Assembly (NCBI GenBank): GCA_016212505.1
Contig: JACRGB010000039.1
Span: 1,590 to 65,589, forward strand
Length of the DNA: 64,000 bases
Source: Candidatus Micrarchaeota archaeon
Lineage (GTDB): Archaea > Micrarchaeota > Micrarchaeia > Anstonellales > Bilamarchaeaceae
Direction of reading: 5' to 3'
The translations under genes and the position numbers were made by a program. Positions 19,001-25,980 of the stretch are shown here, one piece after another; position 1 is the stretch's first letter, and every line of letters starts with the position of its first letter. The notes below the pieces were generated by a model, which saw nothing but the letters and a program-made list of their open reading frames with translations, was not told the origin of the DNA and ran no database searches.

Positions 19001-21111
19001 ATTTTTGTTGCTTCATTAAGCGTATCTATGCTCGTTTCTTTTCCTCCACTTTCTGCTGCAAGCGTACCTATTTCTGCCCCCTCTATTTTGAATTTTGGAC
19101 CTCCGCCTGATCCCCCACCCCCTTTTGGTGAAAATGGGCCGAAAGTACCTGCGCCTCCCACCCCTGCAAGTACAAGCCAGACTACTGCCTTTTCATGCTC
19201 TGCCATCCCTCCAAGAGGAGTTATTGAATGGGCAGGAGTTGCAAATATTGCAGTTTCAATTAATTTCGTGCCTTTAAATCTTCTTTGAAGGTCTTCCCCA
19301 TCTATAATCCCAAAAAGGATATTGTGCATTGCATCAGTGTGAATTCTTTCATATGCTTCAAGGTCTGGTTTGAAATTATAAAGATATCTTACCCAATCCT
19401 CAGCTTTCATATCAATGCCCAAAGTGGCACTGAGCATCCTGCCTTGCTCTAGAAGCGTTGTTTTTTCCACTGCGCCGCTTTCAAAATTCGGTGCACCATA
19501 TATTTGTAGTGCCTGCCTTCTTGCCTTTATTGCCAAAGAATATAATTTTTCGGCCTCCTCAAATTTACCTGCCCGCAAAAATCCTACTGCAGCATCTAAT
19601 CTGGATTTGCTATCTGCAAGATAATCAAGGGCCTTATAGCTCTGGCCTGCAAAATGTTCTTTATTTAATGCCCGATAATACGCTTCATGCCGGGTCAATT
19701 CCCCATCCATTATCTGGAGCCCTACTGTTTTTCTTTTGAGTTCTACGCTTTGCCGGATAAGTTCCCTATATTCATCATACGGGATTTTTTCATCCGGTTT
19801 AAGCCCTGCTATTTTTGCACTAAACTGGTGAACCTGTTTGAATAAATGTTCCCATTCTGAGCGTAGCATCGGATCCAATTTTTTAAAGTCTGGCGTATCC
19901 TCATAACGTGTGATTTCCCCAAAGCGGTCAACTGAAATTGGGTACGGAAAAGGCAGGGTATCCCCGACAATTTCGAAAGGCGCTGCCAACTGCTTTTTCC
20001 CTTTCCATCCGCTTAAGAGAATGCTGCTCATTTGCCCTAATCCATTATCAATGCCTTTTTTTATGGCTTCAATATCCTGCGCTCTTGCGGCATCGGCAAC
20101 TAAATTACCCCTTAATATGATCCGCTTTCTCTCTTCACTATATCCCCTTAAATCCCCTTTTATTGCAGCAAGATGGGCGTTACGAAGGAGCTCTTTAAGC
20201 GTAGTCCCCCCCTTTAATCGGGAATCGGTCTTATGGATTTTTTCTTCATATCCTGAGGCACCTTCATAAATTTTTTTCATGTTATAGTAATCCGTAAGCG
20301 CATTGCATATGTCTATATTTCTTGAAACGCCCTTATCGAAAGTCTCTTCCTTTGCAGCCCATTTTTCTGCAAGTTTTTCTTCTTTCCTTTCGCCCTCTTT
20401 GCCTTGAGGAATTTCCCAGTTTTCCGAAGCATAATCTGCAAGCATTTCCTCCATTACAGAACCTTTGAACCCTAAGCTTACCGAATCGATTTTATTCCCT
20501 TTCCTGACTCCGAATTCCTCGATACTTGCAACATAGGTGATTGCAAAACCCATCCCATGATCTGCATAGACAAATTCCCCTTTCCTGGCAAGTTCTTCTG
20601 CTGTGCGGAGAACTTTTTCGGCAAGGGCTTTCTGCCTGGTAAGGCCTTTTCCCCAGTTTGAAAGGGATGCGCGCAGGCCAGCAGCCTGCTCGCTGTATTC
20701 CGAATAAGCTACTTCCTTCGAAAATTGAGCCAGCATTTCCGGGGTTAGCGGAGTTCTGTTTTCTACAATTGTCTGGAATCTGGACTGGAATTTTTTCTTC
20801 TCATCCTCGTTCAATAGCGGCAGGAGCATTCCTACGCTGATCGCAAACCCAGCAACATCCAGCCGCCCTTCCTTTATCGCAGATAGCGCCTGCTCGCCGA
20901 ACCATTTTGTTTTTGGGTTTTTTACCTGCACTTTTGCAGCCTTAGACAAAAGCTCGGTATACCCTGTAATTTTTGCCCGGACTTCCGGAGCCTGGGCAAC
21001 TGCTTCTGCGCCCCTGGCCAAGTCAGCTATCTCTGCAAGCACTTTTTTCATGTCCTGCTCATAAGGATTTTCCCTAACTCTTTGTGGACTTTGTGGAGAA
21101 CCGCTCATCAT
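13009..21111 (-). CDS. giant orphan membrane-associated protein (2700 aa)
   Basis: Uninterrupted 8.1 kb ORF with no N-terminal signal. It has two internal clusters of hydrophobic helices (coding about 18745-19200 and 15890-16125), an internal 122-aa tandem repeat and long charged helical stretches. Confidence 0.85.
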   Translation of the reverse strand: MMSGSPQSPQRVRENPYEQDMKKVLAEIADLARGAEAVAQAPEVRAKITGYTELLSKAAKVQVKNPKTKWFGEQALSAIKEGRLDVAGFAISVGMLLPLLNEDEKKKFQSRFQTIVENRTPLTPEMLAQFSKEVAYSEYSEQAAGLRASLSNWGKGLTRQKALAEKVLRTAEELARKGEFVYADHGMGFAITYVASIEEFGVRKGNKIDSVSLGFKGSVMEEMLADYASENWEIPQGKEGERKEEKLAEKWAAKEETFDKGVSRNIDICNALTDYYNMKKIYEGASGYEEKIHKTDSRLKGGTTLKELLRNAHLAAIKGDLRGYSEERKRIILRGNLVADAARAQDIEAIKKGIDNGLGQMSSILLSGWKGKKQLAAPFEIVGDTLPFPYPISVDRFGEITRYEDTPDFKKLDPMLRSEWEHLFKQVHQFSAKIAGLKPDEKIPYDEYRELIRQSVELKRKTVGLQIMDGELTRHEAYYRALNKEHFAGQSYKALDYLADSKSRLDAAVGFLRAGKFEEAEKLYSLAIKARRQALQIYGAPNFESGAVEKTTLLEQGRMLSATLGIDMKAEDWVRYLYNFKPDLEAYERIHTDAMHNILFGIIDGEDLQRRFKGTKLIETAIFATPAHSITPLGGMAEHEKAVVWLVLAGVGGAGTFGPFSPKGGGGSGGGPKFKIEGAEIGTLAAESGGKETSIDTLNEATKILQQMEKEAEKAKFAGKVALIAATIGSGFIPVVGPWISGALIIGTTTDDVVTEYEATGKVSNETWANVAITAALVGAGATAGALKALKAAENVTVSAEQIAKGMGWLYTLKMTGDALELQANSNELYAKAEGEVDEVRRRELINEADSLRREAYLQYGMAGVGVAHSIANRISRYWRMRAVRASLLEEQMANLGIVKPEVRAYEAPTKGAILNDTATLQDYLSALSGRKGADAQKAAQGRLEEMVPEMRRRMEIWANNKQLMDALGSEQGLDANSFLGRRFENDLKDLRGKVRIVDEPAEQAARAAAGGGTTPEGQFTDLRGQIIPTRTGEVPPEQVGAQGTRAGRVGRAVGGTLKTVGGWFMKDSTAAPPEVKQVASIPEGKGPKGAEPAEAGKTEAEIAAARAREQTIDPTKEIADKFLKEHKGECVASLEEMRRANPQEFEKLTQELARRATDPQEKDPSSYREILATLYAKSKAGFGLDAAREARDIINAAAKQRSARAGRAVEAKAIEDEYRAKTLSEGQVKALLEARPSLVGDVFKTITVEERAAVDGQLGKAGALKPAEIAQRYDDAVGNLRRSMSTRAEGETLAALYAKSGEIGVDLPAQAKELAEKTIKDEARARGVNPREVTQEYQAKPLTEEQVKALMERNPELLAQMLPRMDPNDAAVLRGAPAVGEAGETVGNERRAIIDHYSREIARLNNSRAVETGQRPDNLFADLRQKADSGNIGAGGFNGAVSEYLGSEALGKDIEGKVKVGEDGKPARTALKALVGEGTVAADCAKALGEPNRAANAIIGARLNALVDGVDVTADAKARYKTAITNVIEGGTRSFIDSERGGAIRDIGRLLDEVHSEALRLAAGDKAAGADGKGQVVDPSKIERIGNKINEAGKASGPNPSEVVGEANGFVDYTRRLSNQIKINAQFSVEFNAASHLKSATEGPSGTGPTAPGYTRKLTWKRVTKVGLGAAGVATLGVGLYTIGLGGIAAVGVPAAIGYAGWRGFKASPSRGRAFFRGGGWPYAYFLPAAMSLAWPAYHFGLDPEYERKEKMAEAWGLEEKGGISDRFGSYRIPLPNRGEGEKYVWMLPTEPLKRETLQPSDKGKLDLQIGDTNIYVIDPRPAFLAATGAGKILGINDKFAELQGPAVKAEKKAEVEAGFTKDLTAASITKDDVLLATAHRKAEAVMLREVRFVEVKDDIEELNAARKAETEKRGALAAAREETERKEKGKEAGHPESGSKIEKLAKELHDAVKRSDDAFAKLQKDFPYLGAILEQQIAYIDLEKLNRYANLPKPEAEGYVKETLGIFGLNYADVSGRTFDRGSLLAVIRAQGEIPTLDVQTVRGTLAQKFYRGYLQDPLMNGQVKGYPMTAALTEYINQKRKLNPDSKFDLEDLKYFSAFSNQMVARQALLRGYDGMVLKFCISTGIVQMQGKVPVVGSQQEEDIKFLRTHPQLFRILYAEGVLGGHIPQSYMADAVANLRKSTPAETADGIRKQLEVAGLYLENPLASTNTYSFLAAMDNRATQHPEFRAAFKALVDEYKVSEADTARLMENYKLKVANWAKLNGLDGFALGADPNNAQMVYGNPRDLASEIIGSDSAKAMEKAKAKGLVGPSLLAELDPKMLDHPELVALANDPRFGQGLVKAIIAEKDKFDAPGKLVLALLKLLGSGTETWGRGNVEKEVKRIFDSIEQLKVKAPKPSAPQAVQLRLAPLNPTYILPGGLAISRAGDSLGLYEVSKGAAITPRIREYFNSGLSENGWLLKAIGTDTKLREVLKEKAGSIAPGIVEQQIYDTIYRHAAAARGAGQYHVPKTAQKGEQDNTPQVLKDIGIRVKATEGGGLELELTIPEEKTDRVAHVKALLTAPLPTGTSAQGAAPAQAPTPAPTFGKSEEQKQVEADAFFKKNISSKVRLRIENLLAKAPFKNSLGADEGEQRKTARKLIYFEIVLKHPDPKELYDRYGIHIKEGHGEDAKIDGLEPSESALKTKGDNLRRDAVKK
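16990..17600 (-). repeat. in-frame tandem duplication (2 x about 122 aa) inside the 2700-aa gene
   Basis: Copy 1 reads ATLYAKSKAGFGLD...EYRAKTLSEGQVKALLEARPSL and copy 2 reads AALYAKSGEIGVDL...EYQAKPLTEEQVKALMERNPEL. The shared DNA string ttgcataaag recurs 366 nt apart (17215 and 17581). Confidence 0.65.
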
Positions 21112-21155
21112 TTCACCAATTTTTATCAGTAACTTTCACACTCATCATTAACTCT

Positions 21156-21479
21156 TCACCAGTAACTTCTGCAGATTGTTACGAAATTAACCAATCGGGC
21201 TAATCGCTCTTCCCGCTCTTTCTCATCGCCCTCTACGCTCACTTCATCATACCAGACCCGAAGCGTATTATAGAAATTTTTTATCTTATCGACCTGGTTA
21301 ATCATGCCAGATGGCCTGGATTTTGCCTTTTCCCATTTTATTAGGAATTCAGAAATAGAATCTAGTGTGCTTCTTGTGCGCATGAGCGCTTCCTTTTCCA
21401 TCGAATTAAGGTCTGTCCTGACTGGGATTGCAGTTTTTGCCCTCCAGTCCCGCCCTTTTTTAGTGACCATTACTATCAC
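21156..21479 (-). CDS. hypothetical small protein, first gene of the giant minus-strand operon
   Basis: 107-aa ORF 44 nt upstream of the 2700-aa gene. A TATA-like tttataaa lies about 25-30 nt upstream of its ATG. Confidence 0.55.
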   Translation of the reverse strand: MIVMVTKKGRDWRAKTAIPVRTDLNSMEKEALMRTRSTLDSISEFLIKWEKAKSRPSGMINQVDKIKNFYNTLRVWYDEVSVEGDEKEREERLARLVNFVTICRSYW

Positions 21480-21594
21480 TTATCTATGATTCTGCGACTT
21501 TTATAAACGCTTAGCCTGTCAAAACAACTGTGCTGTACTTGACTATAATTAGCACGATTATGTTATTAAAGTCTTGTTTCATGGCCCTTTGTGG

Positions 21595-22032
21595 TTATTT
21601 TGCCCCTTGTTGTGTAAAAACAATTCTTTTTGCAGCACTTAAGAACTTTTTTGCATCTTTTATCGCTTCAACTGCACTAGACTCTGAACATAATGATCCT
21701 TCGTATTGTATCATATGCCTTGTTTCACGATAATTTTGTGATATCTCACCTAACCTGGAAAGTTCGCTGTCTGCTTTGAACTCCACCCTGACAAATTCGA
21801 ATAGGCAAAAATGGCTTCGTTCCTTATAGTTTCTACTATAAAGAAGCGCCCGTGCAGAATGAAAGATGCTTATGTAAGAAGTAAGAAAGGATATGTCATA
21901 TACGTCCTTATCCATTATTTTCTCTGCTTTTTTTATGTACTCCTGCGCTATTTTTATTTGGTTTTCTGTCTCTTCCTTTACGACCGGGATTTTTCTTAGC
22001 AACCCCCTTTCAATGCAATTACGGTAACTCAT
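21595..22032 (-). CDS. HEPN domain protein (toxin of HEPN/MNT pair)
   Basis: Helical protein with the pattern ...YISIFHSARALLYSRNYKERSH.. typical of HEPN. The ATG at 22032 overlaps the MNT stop (ATGA). The ORF track starts it at an upstream GTG (22047). Confidence 0.75.
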   Translation of the reverse strand: MSYRNCIERGLLRKIPVVKEETENQIKIAQEYIKKAEKIMDKDVYDISFLTSYISIFHSARALLYSRNYKERSHFCLFEFVRVEFKADSELSRLGEISQNYRETRHMIQYEGSLCSESSAVEAIKDAKKFLSAAKRIVFTQQGAK

Positions 22033-22589
22033 ATAGGATTCCCCCACACCCTCACATTATTTTTCATTATGGAAATGAAAAAATTATCCTTTTTTCTTTC
22101 TAATTCTCTCCATCTTGGAAAACTTATAGTTGTTACATTCGCAGCTCTTCCAAGTTTTAACTCTATTCTTGAAAAGTCATGCGTATCAGGCTTTTTTTCA
22201 TCACCCGTTAAGATTAGGATGTCTATGTCACTGCTATCTCCGTAGTCTCCTGATGCAAAACTACCGTATAAGGAAATAGAAAGAATATTTTTATTCTTTT
22301 TAAGAAATGGTTTTAGGTATTCCCCATCTGCCAAAATATATGGCCCAATAAATTTTTTGAGCGTTTTTATTCTTGAATCCTCATCATTTAAGGAGAATTG
22401 ATGAACGTTTCCAATTTCTTTCTTAATGAGGATGCCCTCATCAGCGTATTTCGTGCAAAAGCGATGTGCGGTCTGTAAACCTATCTTAAGTTTTTTTGCC
22501 AGTTCATTTACATGAATGTTCGTATTGGGGTAGAGGAGAAAATACTCCAGGACCGTCCATCCCCTGAACTTGTTAAATTCCTCAATCAT
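22029..22589 (-). CDS. minimal nucleotidyltransferase (MNT) with N-terminal winged-helix
   Basis: NTase motif LYGSFASGDYGDSSDIDILIL. The start was chosen at ATG 22589, which has ttttatatag about 30 nt upstream. The ORF track extends to 22688. Confidence 0.8.
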   Translation of the reverse strand: MIEEFNKFRGWTVLEYFLLYPNTNIHVNELAKKLKIGLQTAHRFCTKYADEGILIKKEIGNVHQFSLNDEDSRIKTLKKFIGPYILADGEYLKPFLKKNKNILSISLYGSFASGDYGDSSDIDILILTGDEKKPDTHDFSRIELKLGRAANVTTISFPRWRELERKKDNFFISIMKNNVRVWGNPI

Positions 22590-22724
22590 ACCATATATGG
22601 TACGTTCATACTCTATATAAAATGATCGTTTTATTAATAATATGATAATTTTTATTGTATTGGAATTTGCAAATTCCAATGCGGACAAATTTTTGCGAAA
22701 ATTTGTCCTTGAGTAATGAAAAGC

Positions 22725-24119
22725 TTATTCAATTATCCTATCCACGATTTTTTTCGCATCAAAAAGTTCAAGATCCTCATATTTCTGTCCGGTTCCAATG
22801 TAGACTATCGGGATTCCTGTTGCTTTATTTATCGAAAGAACGGTCCCGCCCTTTGCATCGCAATCTAATTTTGTTAAAATTACCCCGTCTATCCCGATTT
22901 CCCTGTTAAATGTTGAAACCTGCTCAATTATCGCATTTCCTGCAATGCTTTCACCAACATAAATTTTTAGCGTGGGAGAAATGACGCGGTTCATTTTCTT
23001 AATTTCATTGATCAGGCTGATATTTGTGTCCTGCCTTCCTGCCGTGTCAATAAGTACTGCGTCTATGGCGTGGGCTTTTGCATAATTGGCAGCATCATAT
23101 GCAACAGAAGTAGGATCAGACCCATAGTCCCGCTTTATCATTTTTACCCCAAGTCTGGTGGCATGGACATCCATCTGCTCAATTGCTGCTGCCCTAAATG
23201 TATCTGCTGCTGCAAAAACGACCTTATGGCCATTGTTCATAAGCAGCTTTGCGACCTTGGCTATAGTTGTGGTTTTTCCCGCGCCATTAATTCCGATAAA
23301 CATTATTTTTACTGGTTTTTCGGTTTTTTGGACAACTTCAAGAATGTCAAAAGCCCGGTCATTTTGCAAGACCCCTATCAGCGTTTCCCTTATTGCAGAC
23401 CCAATAAACGAATGGAGGTTTTTCTTTTCGATTTTCTTCCCAAGCAGTTTTTCCTTTATCTCTCTCACGATAGCCTCGGAAACAGAAAGCTCAACATCTG
23501 CTTCAAGAAGCTCCAGCTCCAGGTTGTCCAAAAGTTCCTTAAGGTCGCTTTCTTTTACCTCAACCTCACTGGTAATGAAACTTTTGATGACTGTAAATGG
23601 GCTTAACTTTATCCTTTCCTTTTCCGGCTCGGTTTTTTGCTTTGCCGGCTCAACCTTTTCCTTTAACTGTTCGAGTTTTTCTTTTGCTGGCTCGATTTGT
23701 TCTTTTACCGGTTCAATTTTTGGTATGATTTTGTGCCCTACTTTTTCTTTTGGTTGTTCTATTTTAGGCTCTTGTGGTTTTGGTTCTATTTTTTGCTCGA
23801 TCTTAGGTTCGATTTTTCTTTCAATAATTTTTGGTTCAGTGATTTTTGGTTTTTCGATAATTGGTTGTTGAAGTTCTTTTTCTTTTTTCGGCGCTACTAA
23901 TTTTGGCTCCTCAATTTTAGGTTTTGGTTTTTCTTGTTCGATCGGTTTAGTTTGCGGAATAGGCTTTTGTTTTATTTCCGGTTTTTCTTCCTCAATCTTC
24001 GGTTCTTTTATTAGTTCTTTCGGAGGCTTCTGTACTTCTTCAACCTTTTTTTCTGCTTCTTCCTTGCCCTTTATGCCGTCTATAAAATTAGTTATCTTTT
24101 TCTTTAAAAAGTCGAACAT
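22725..24119 (-). CDS. ftsY: signal recognition particle receptor FtsY
   Basis: GTPase motifs GINGAGKTTTIAK, DTAGRQ and TKLDCDAKGG. The N-terminal domain is a Lys/Pro/Glu repeat (EPKIEQKIEPK...). Confidence 0.95.
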   Translation of the reverse strand: MFDFLKKKITNFIDGIKGKEEAEKKVEEVQKPPKELIKEPKIEEEKPEIKQKPIPQTKPIEQEKPKPKIEEPKLVAPKKEKELQQPIIEKPKITEPKIIERKIEPKIEQKIEPKPQEPKIEQPKEKVGHKIIPKIEPVKEQIEPAKEKLEQLKEKVEPAKQKTEPEKERIKLSPFTVIKSFITSEVEVKESDLKELLDNLELELLEADVELSVSEAIVREIKEKLLGKKIEKKNLHSFIGSAIRETLIGVLQNDRAFDILEVVQKTEKPVKIMFIGINGAGKTTTIAKVAKLLMNNGHKVVFAAADTFRAAAIEQMDVHATRLGVKMIKRDYGSDPTSVAYDAANYAKAHAIDAVLIDTAGRQDTNISLINEIKKMNRVISPTLKIYVGESIAGNAIIEQVSTFNREIGIDGVILTKLDCDAKGGTVLSINKATGIPIVYIGTGQKYEDLELFDAKKIVDRIIE

Positions 24120-24152
24120 GATCCCGCCTTCAAACTAGCTTTTTCCGGGGCT

Positions 24153-24599
24153 TTAGAGGTAATCTTCCCTCATGGTCTCTTTACCGCGCTCGCTTATCTT
24201 TGCCTGCGCATCTGTCTGCTGCATCTGCAGTGAAAGTTCCTGGAAGCGGTTCACTATCTTGTTAAATTCCTCATTTAATTTTTCAAGTGCCTTTTTAGTA
24301 GCATCAATCCGGTGGTTCAGTTCTACTGTGGCCTTGGCCTTATCCATTTCAACTGAATATCCGCCGCCAATCGGTATGATGACCATGGTGTCTGTTATTT
24401 TTCCCCTGATCATTGCGCCGCCACCAATTGGCATCATGACTTTTTCTTCCCCTAACTCTTCTACTGTTTTAAGCGCGTTCGTAAGATCGAGAGTTGTAAG
24501 GCTTATCCTTTCGGTTTCCCGCTTGAGCATGGCCATCTGTTCCCTATACACTGCCAGCTCGTAGTTGATCTGGCCCTGTGCTTCTTCTAAGGTCGCCAT
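24153..24599 (-). CDS. pfdA: prefoldin alpha subunit
   Basis: Coiled coil, then two beta-hairpins (MPIGGGAMIRGKI..IIPIGGGYSVEM), then coiled coil. It sits in the conserved position upstream of ftsY. Confidence 0.9.
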   Translation of the reverse strand: MATLEEAQGQINYELAVYREQMAMLKRETERISLTTLDLTNALKTVEELGEEKVMMPIGGGAMIRGKITDTMVIIPIGGGYSVEMDKAKATVELNHRIDATKKALEKLNEEFNKIVNRFQELSLQMQQTDAQAKISERGKETMREDYL

Positions 24600-24600
24600 T

Positions 24601-24777
24601 CTACTGCACCTTTGTGATTTTTTCTATTTTTATCTTGTTCCTGGTTAGCCCATTGTTGGACCCAATAAGCGCATATGTCTTATCTTTTGCAGCATTTTCG
24701 CTTGGTGCACTTACTTTCTTGCTAAATATGCGCTCAACTGGGCCTAAGACCATTTTTCCTTCAACTACAAAATCCAT
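24601..24777 (-). CDS. rplX: ribosomal protein LX (eL20/L18Ae), 58 aa, below the ORF-track cutoff
   Basis: Hand translation gives MDFVVEGKMVLGPVERIFSKKVSAPSENAAKDKTYALIGSNNGLTRNKIKIEKITKVQ*. It lies exactly where rplX sits between eif6 and pfdA in archaea, and the C-terminal pattern Y..IGS......R..IKIE.I fits LX. Confidence 0.7.
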   Translation of the reverse strand: MDFVVEGKMVLGPVERIFSKKVSAPSENAAKDKTYALIGSNNGLTRNKIKIEKITKVQ

Positions 24778-24851
24778 ATTTATCCCTCGCTAGAAATGTT
24801 ATTTTATCCAATATGCTTCTAACTTGTTTATTTGATATTATTTATCATCCA

Positions 24852-25514
24852 TCACTTTATTAAGCCGAACGCTTCCTCGATCCGCCCTAATTCAAATGCG
24901 GTTGTGGCCTCTCCTGCGATGTAGCCCTTGTTATTTACTATTGCGCCATACGAAACAAAACCGGTTCCAGTATTTACTGTGCCGCGCGTTCCTGGAACTT
25001 TGAGTATGCTTTCAATTTCCTTCACTTCGTTCGGGGTCGTTTTGTGATGGACTAAAAACCCGCTGTTATTGGCAAGGCATGCACTACCGACCGTGCTATG
25101 GTTTGCAATCATCTGGGGAACTAATTCAACTCCAAGGACATCCTGGATTTTCGTCATTTCCTCCCGGCTTACTTCCGGATTGATCAGGCCGCCCAAATCA
25201 TTAACTGACAAATTGTTGCCGTGGGCATTATGCCTTTCTTTCGAGACGTAAACATTAAGGCCTGCCTTCCTGATCAGTGCCACTTCATTCTCATTGGCTA
25301 TGTTAGGTAGAATTATCCCATTGGAATTCATGACCGCATATATTCCAAGCAGATTCGAATCCCCAAAACTAGACCTTACTATTTCTGTCCCAAGACATTC
25401 GCTGATTTTCTCAGTGAGCTTGTCCATGGCATCGATCGGAACTATCGTTATTTTGTCGTTAGTTTTTATGAACATTCCAAGCCATGAGTTTCCATAATAA
25501 GTGGATGTTCGCAT
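24852..25514 (-). CDS. eif6: translation initiation factor 6 (aIF6)
   Basis: 220 aa with pentein-like repeats, starting MRTSTYYGNSWLGMFIKTND. Conserved synteny with rpl31e and rplX. Confidence 0.9.
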   Translation of the reverse strand: MRTSTYYGNSWLGMFIKTNDKITIVPIDAMDKLTEKISECLGTEIVRSSFGDSNLLGIYAVMNSNGIILPNIANENEVALIRKAGLNVYVSKERHNAHGNNLSVNDLGGLINPEVSREEMTKIQDVLGVELVPQMIANHSTVGSACLANNSGFLVHHKTTPNEVKEIESILKVPGTRGTVNTGTGFVSYGAIVNNKGYIAGEATTAFELGRIEEAFGLIK

Positions 25515-25525
25515 TATTTTTTCTC

Positions 25526-25972
25526 CTAAGCTTTCTGGCCAGCATTCAGCTTTTCTTTTTTTGCCTCTGTTTTCTCTTCTTTTTTGGCTTCCTCTTTTTT
25601 AGGCTCAGTTTTCTTTTCCCCGCCCTTCCCCTCTTTTTTCTCATCGGCCTTTGTTTCCTTTTTATCGCTTCCCTTCTTCTCTTCAGATGGCAATTCATCG
25701 CTCATATAAACTTTTATCGAGCTGCCATCTTCCTTTATTGCCCTTACCTTGACTCTCCGGGGGGGTTTTTCTATCCCGTATTTAAGAATGTAGCTGTTAA
25801 TTGCCATGCTGATTGTTAATCGCTCATCTTTTGCCTTCATGTGCCTTAAGATGAATGATTTTACTAAATTGACTGCCCTTTTTCCCCTCTTGTTTCTTGG
25901 GACCTCATAAGCATCCCCAAGAGGTATAGTGTAAATTCTTTCTAAGACCATATCATCATCACCATCATTCAA
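25526..25972 (-). CDS. rpl31e: ribosomal protein eL31 with Lys/Glu-rich C-terminal tail
   Basis: The core ERIYTIPLGDAYEVPRNKRGKRAVNLVKSFILRHMK...VKVRA is typical of L31e. It has an extra C-terminal KKE-rich tail of about 50 aa. The start may be the internal MVLERIY. Confidence 0.9.
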   Translation of the reverse strand: MNDGDDDMVLERIYTIPLGDAYEVPRNKRGKRAVNLVKSFILRHMKAKDERLTISMAINSYILKYGIEKPPRRVKVRAIKEDGSSIKVYMSDELPSEEKKGSDKKETKADEKKEGKGGEKKTEPKKEEAKKEEKTEAKKEKLNAGQKA

Positions 25973-25980
25973 GTATATGT

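Noticed and set aside
13102-20840. Many 60-200 aa plus-strand ORFs (for example 13181-13804, 16340-16921, 17738-18343, 18803-19288) inside the 2700-aa gene
   Set aside because: They are antisense shadow frames of a GC-richer long gene. Their translations are low-complexity Ser/Pro/Ala/Cys strings without starts next to promoters.
23158-23871. 237-aa plus-strand ORF and apparent DNA tandem repeats in 23600-24050 that at first suggested a repeat array
   Set aside because: The ORF is antisense to the well-supported ftsY. The repeats are in-frame KPE codon repeats with no repeat-spacer regularity, so this is not a CRISPR array.
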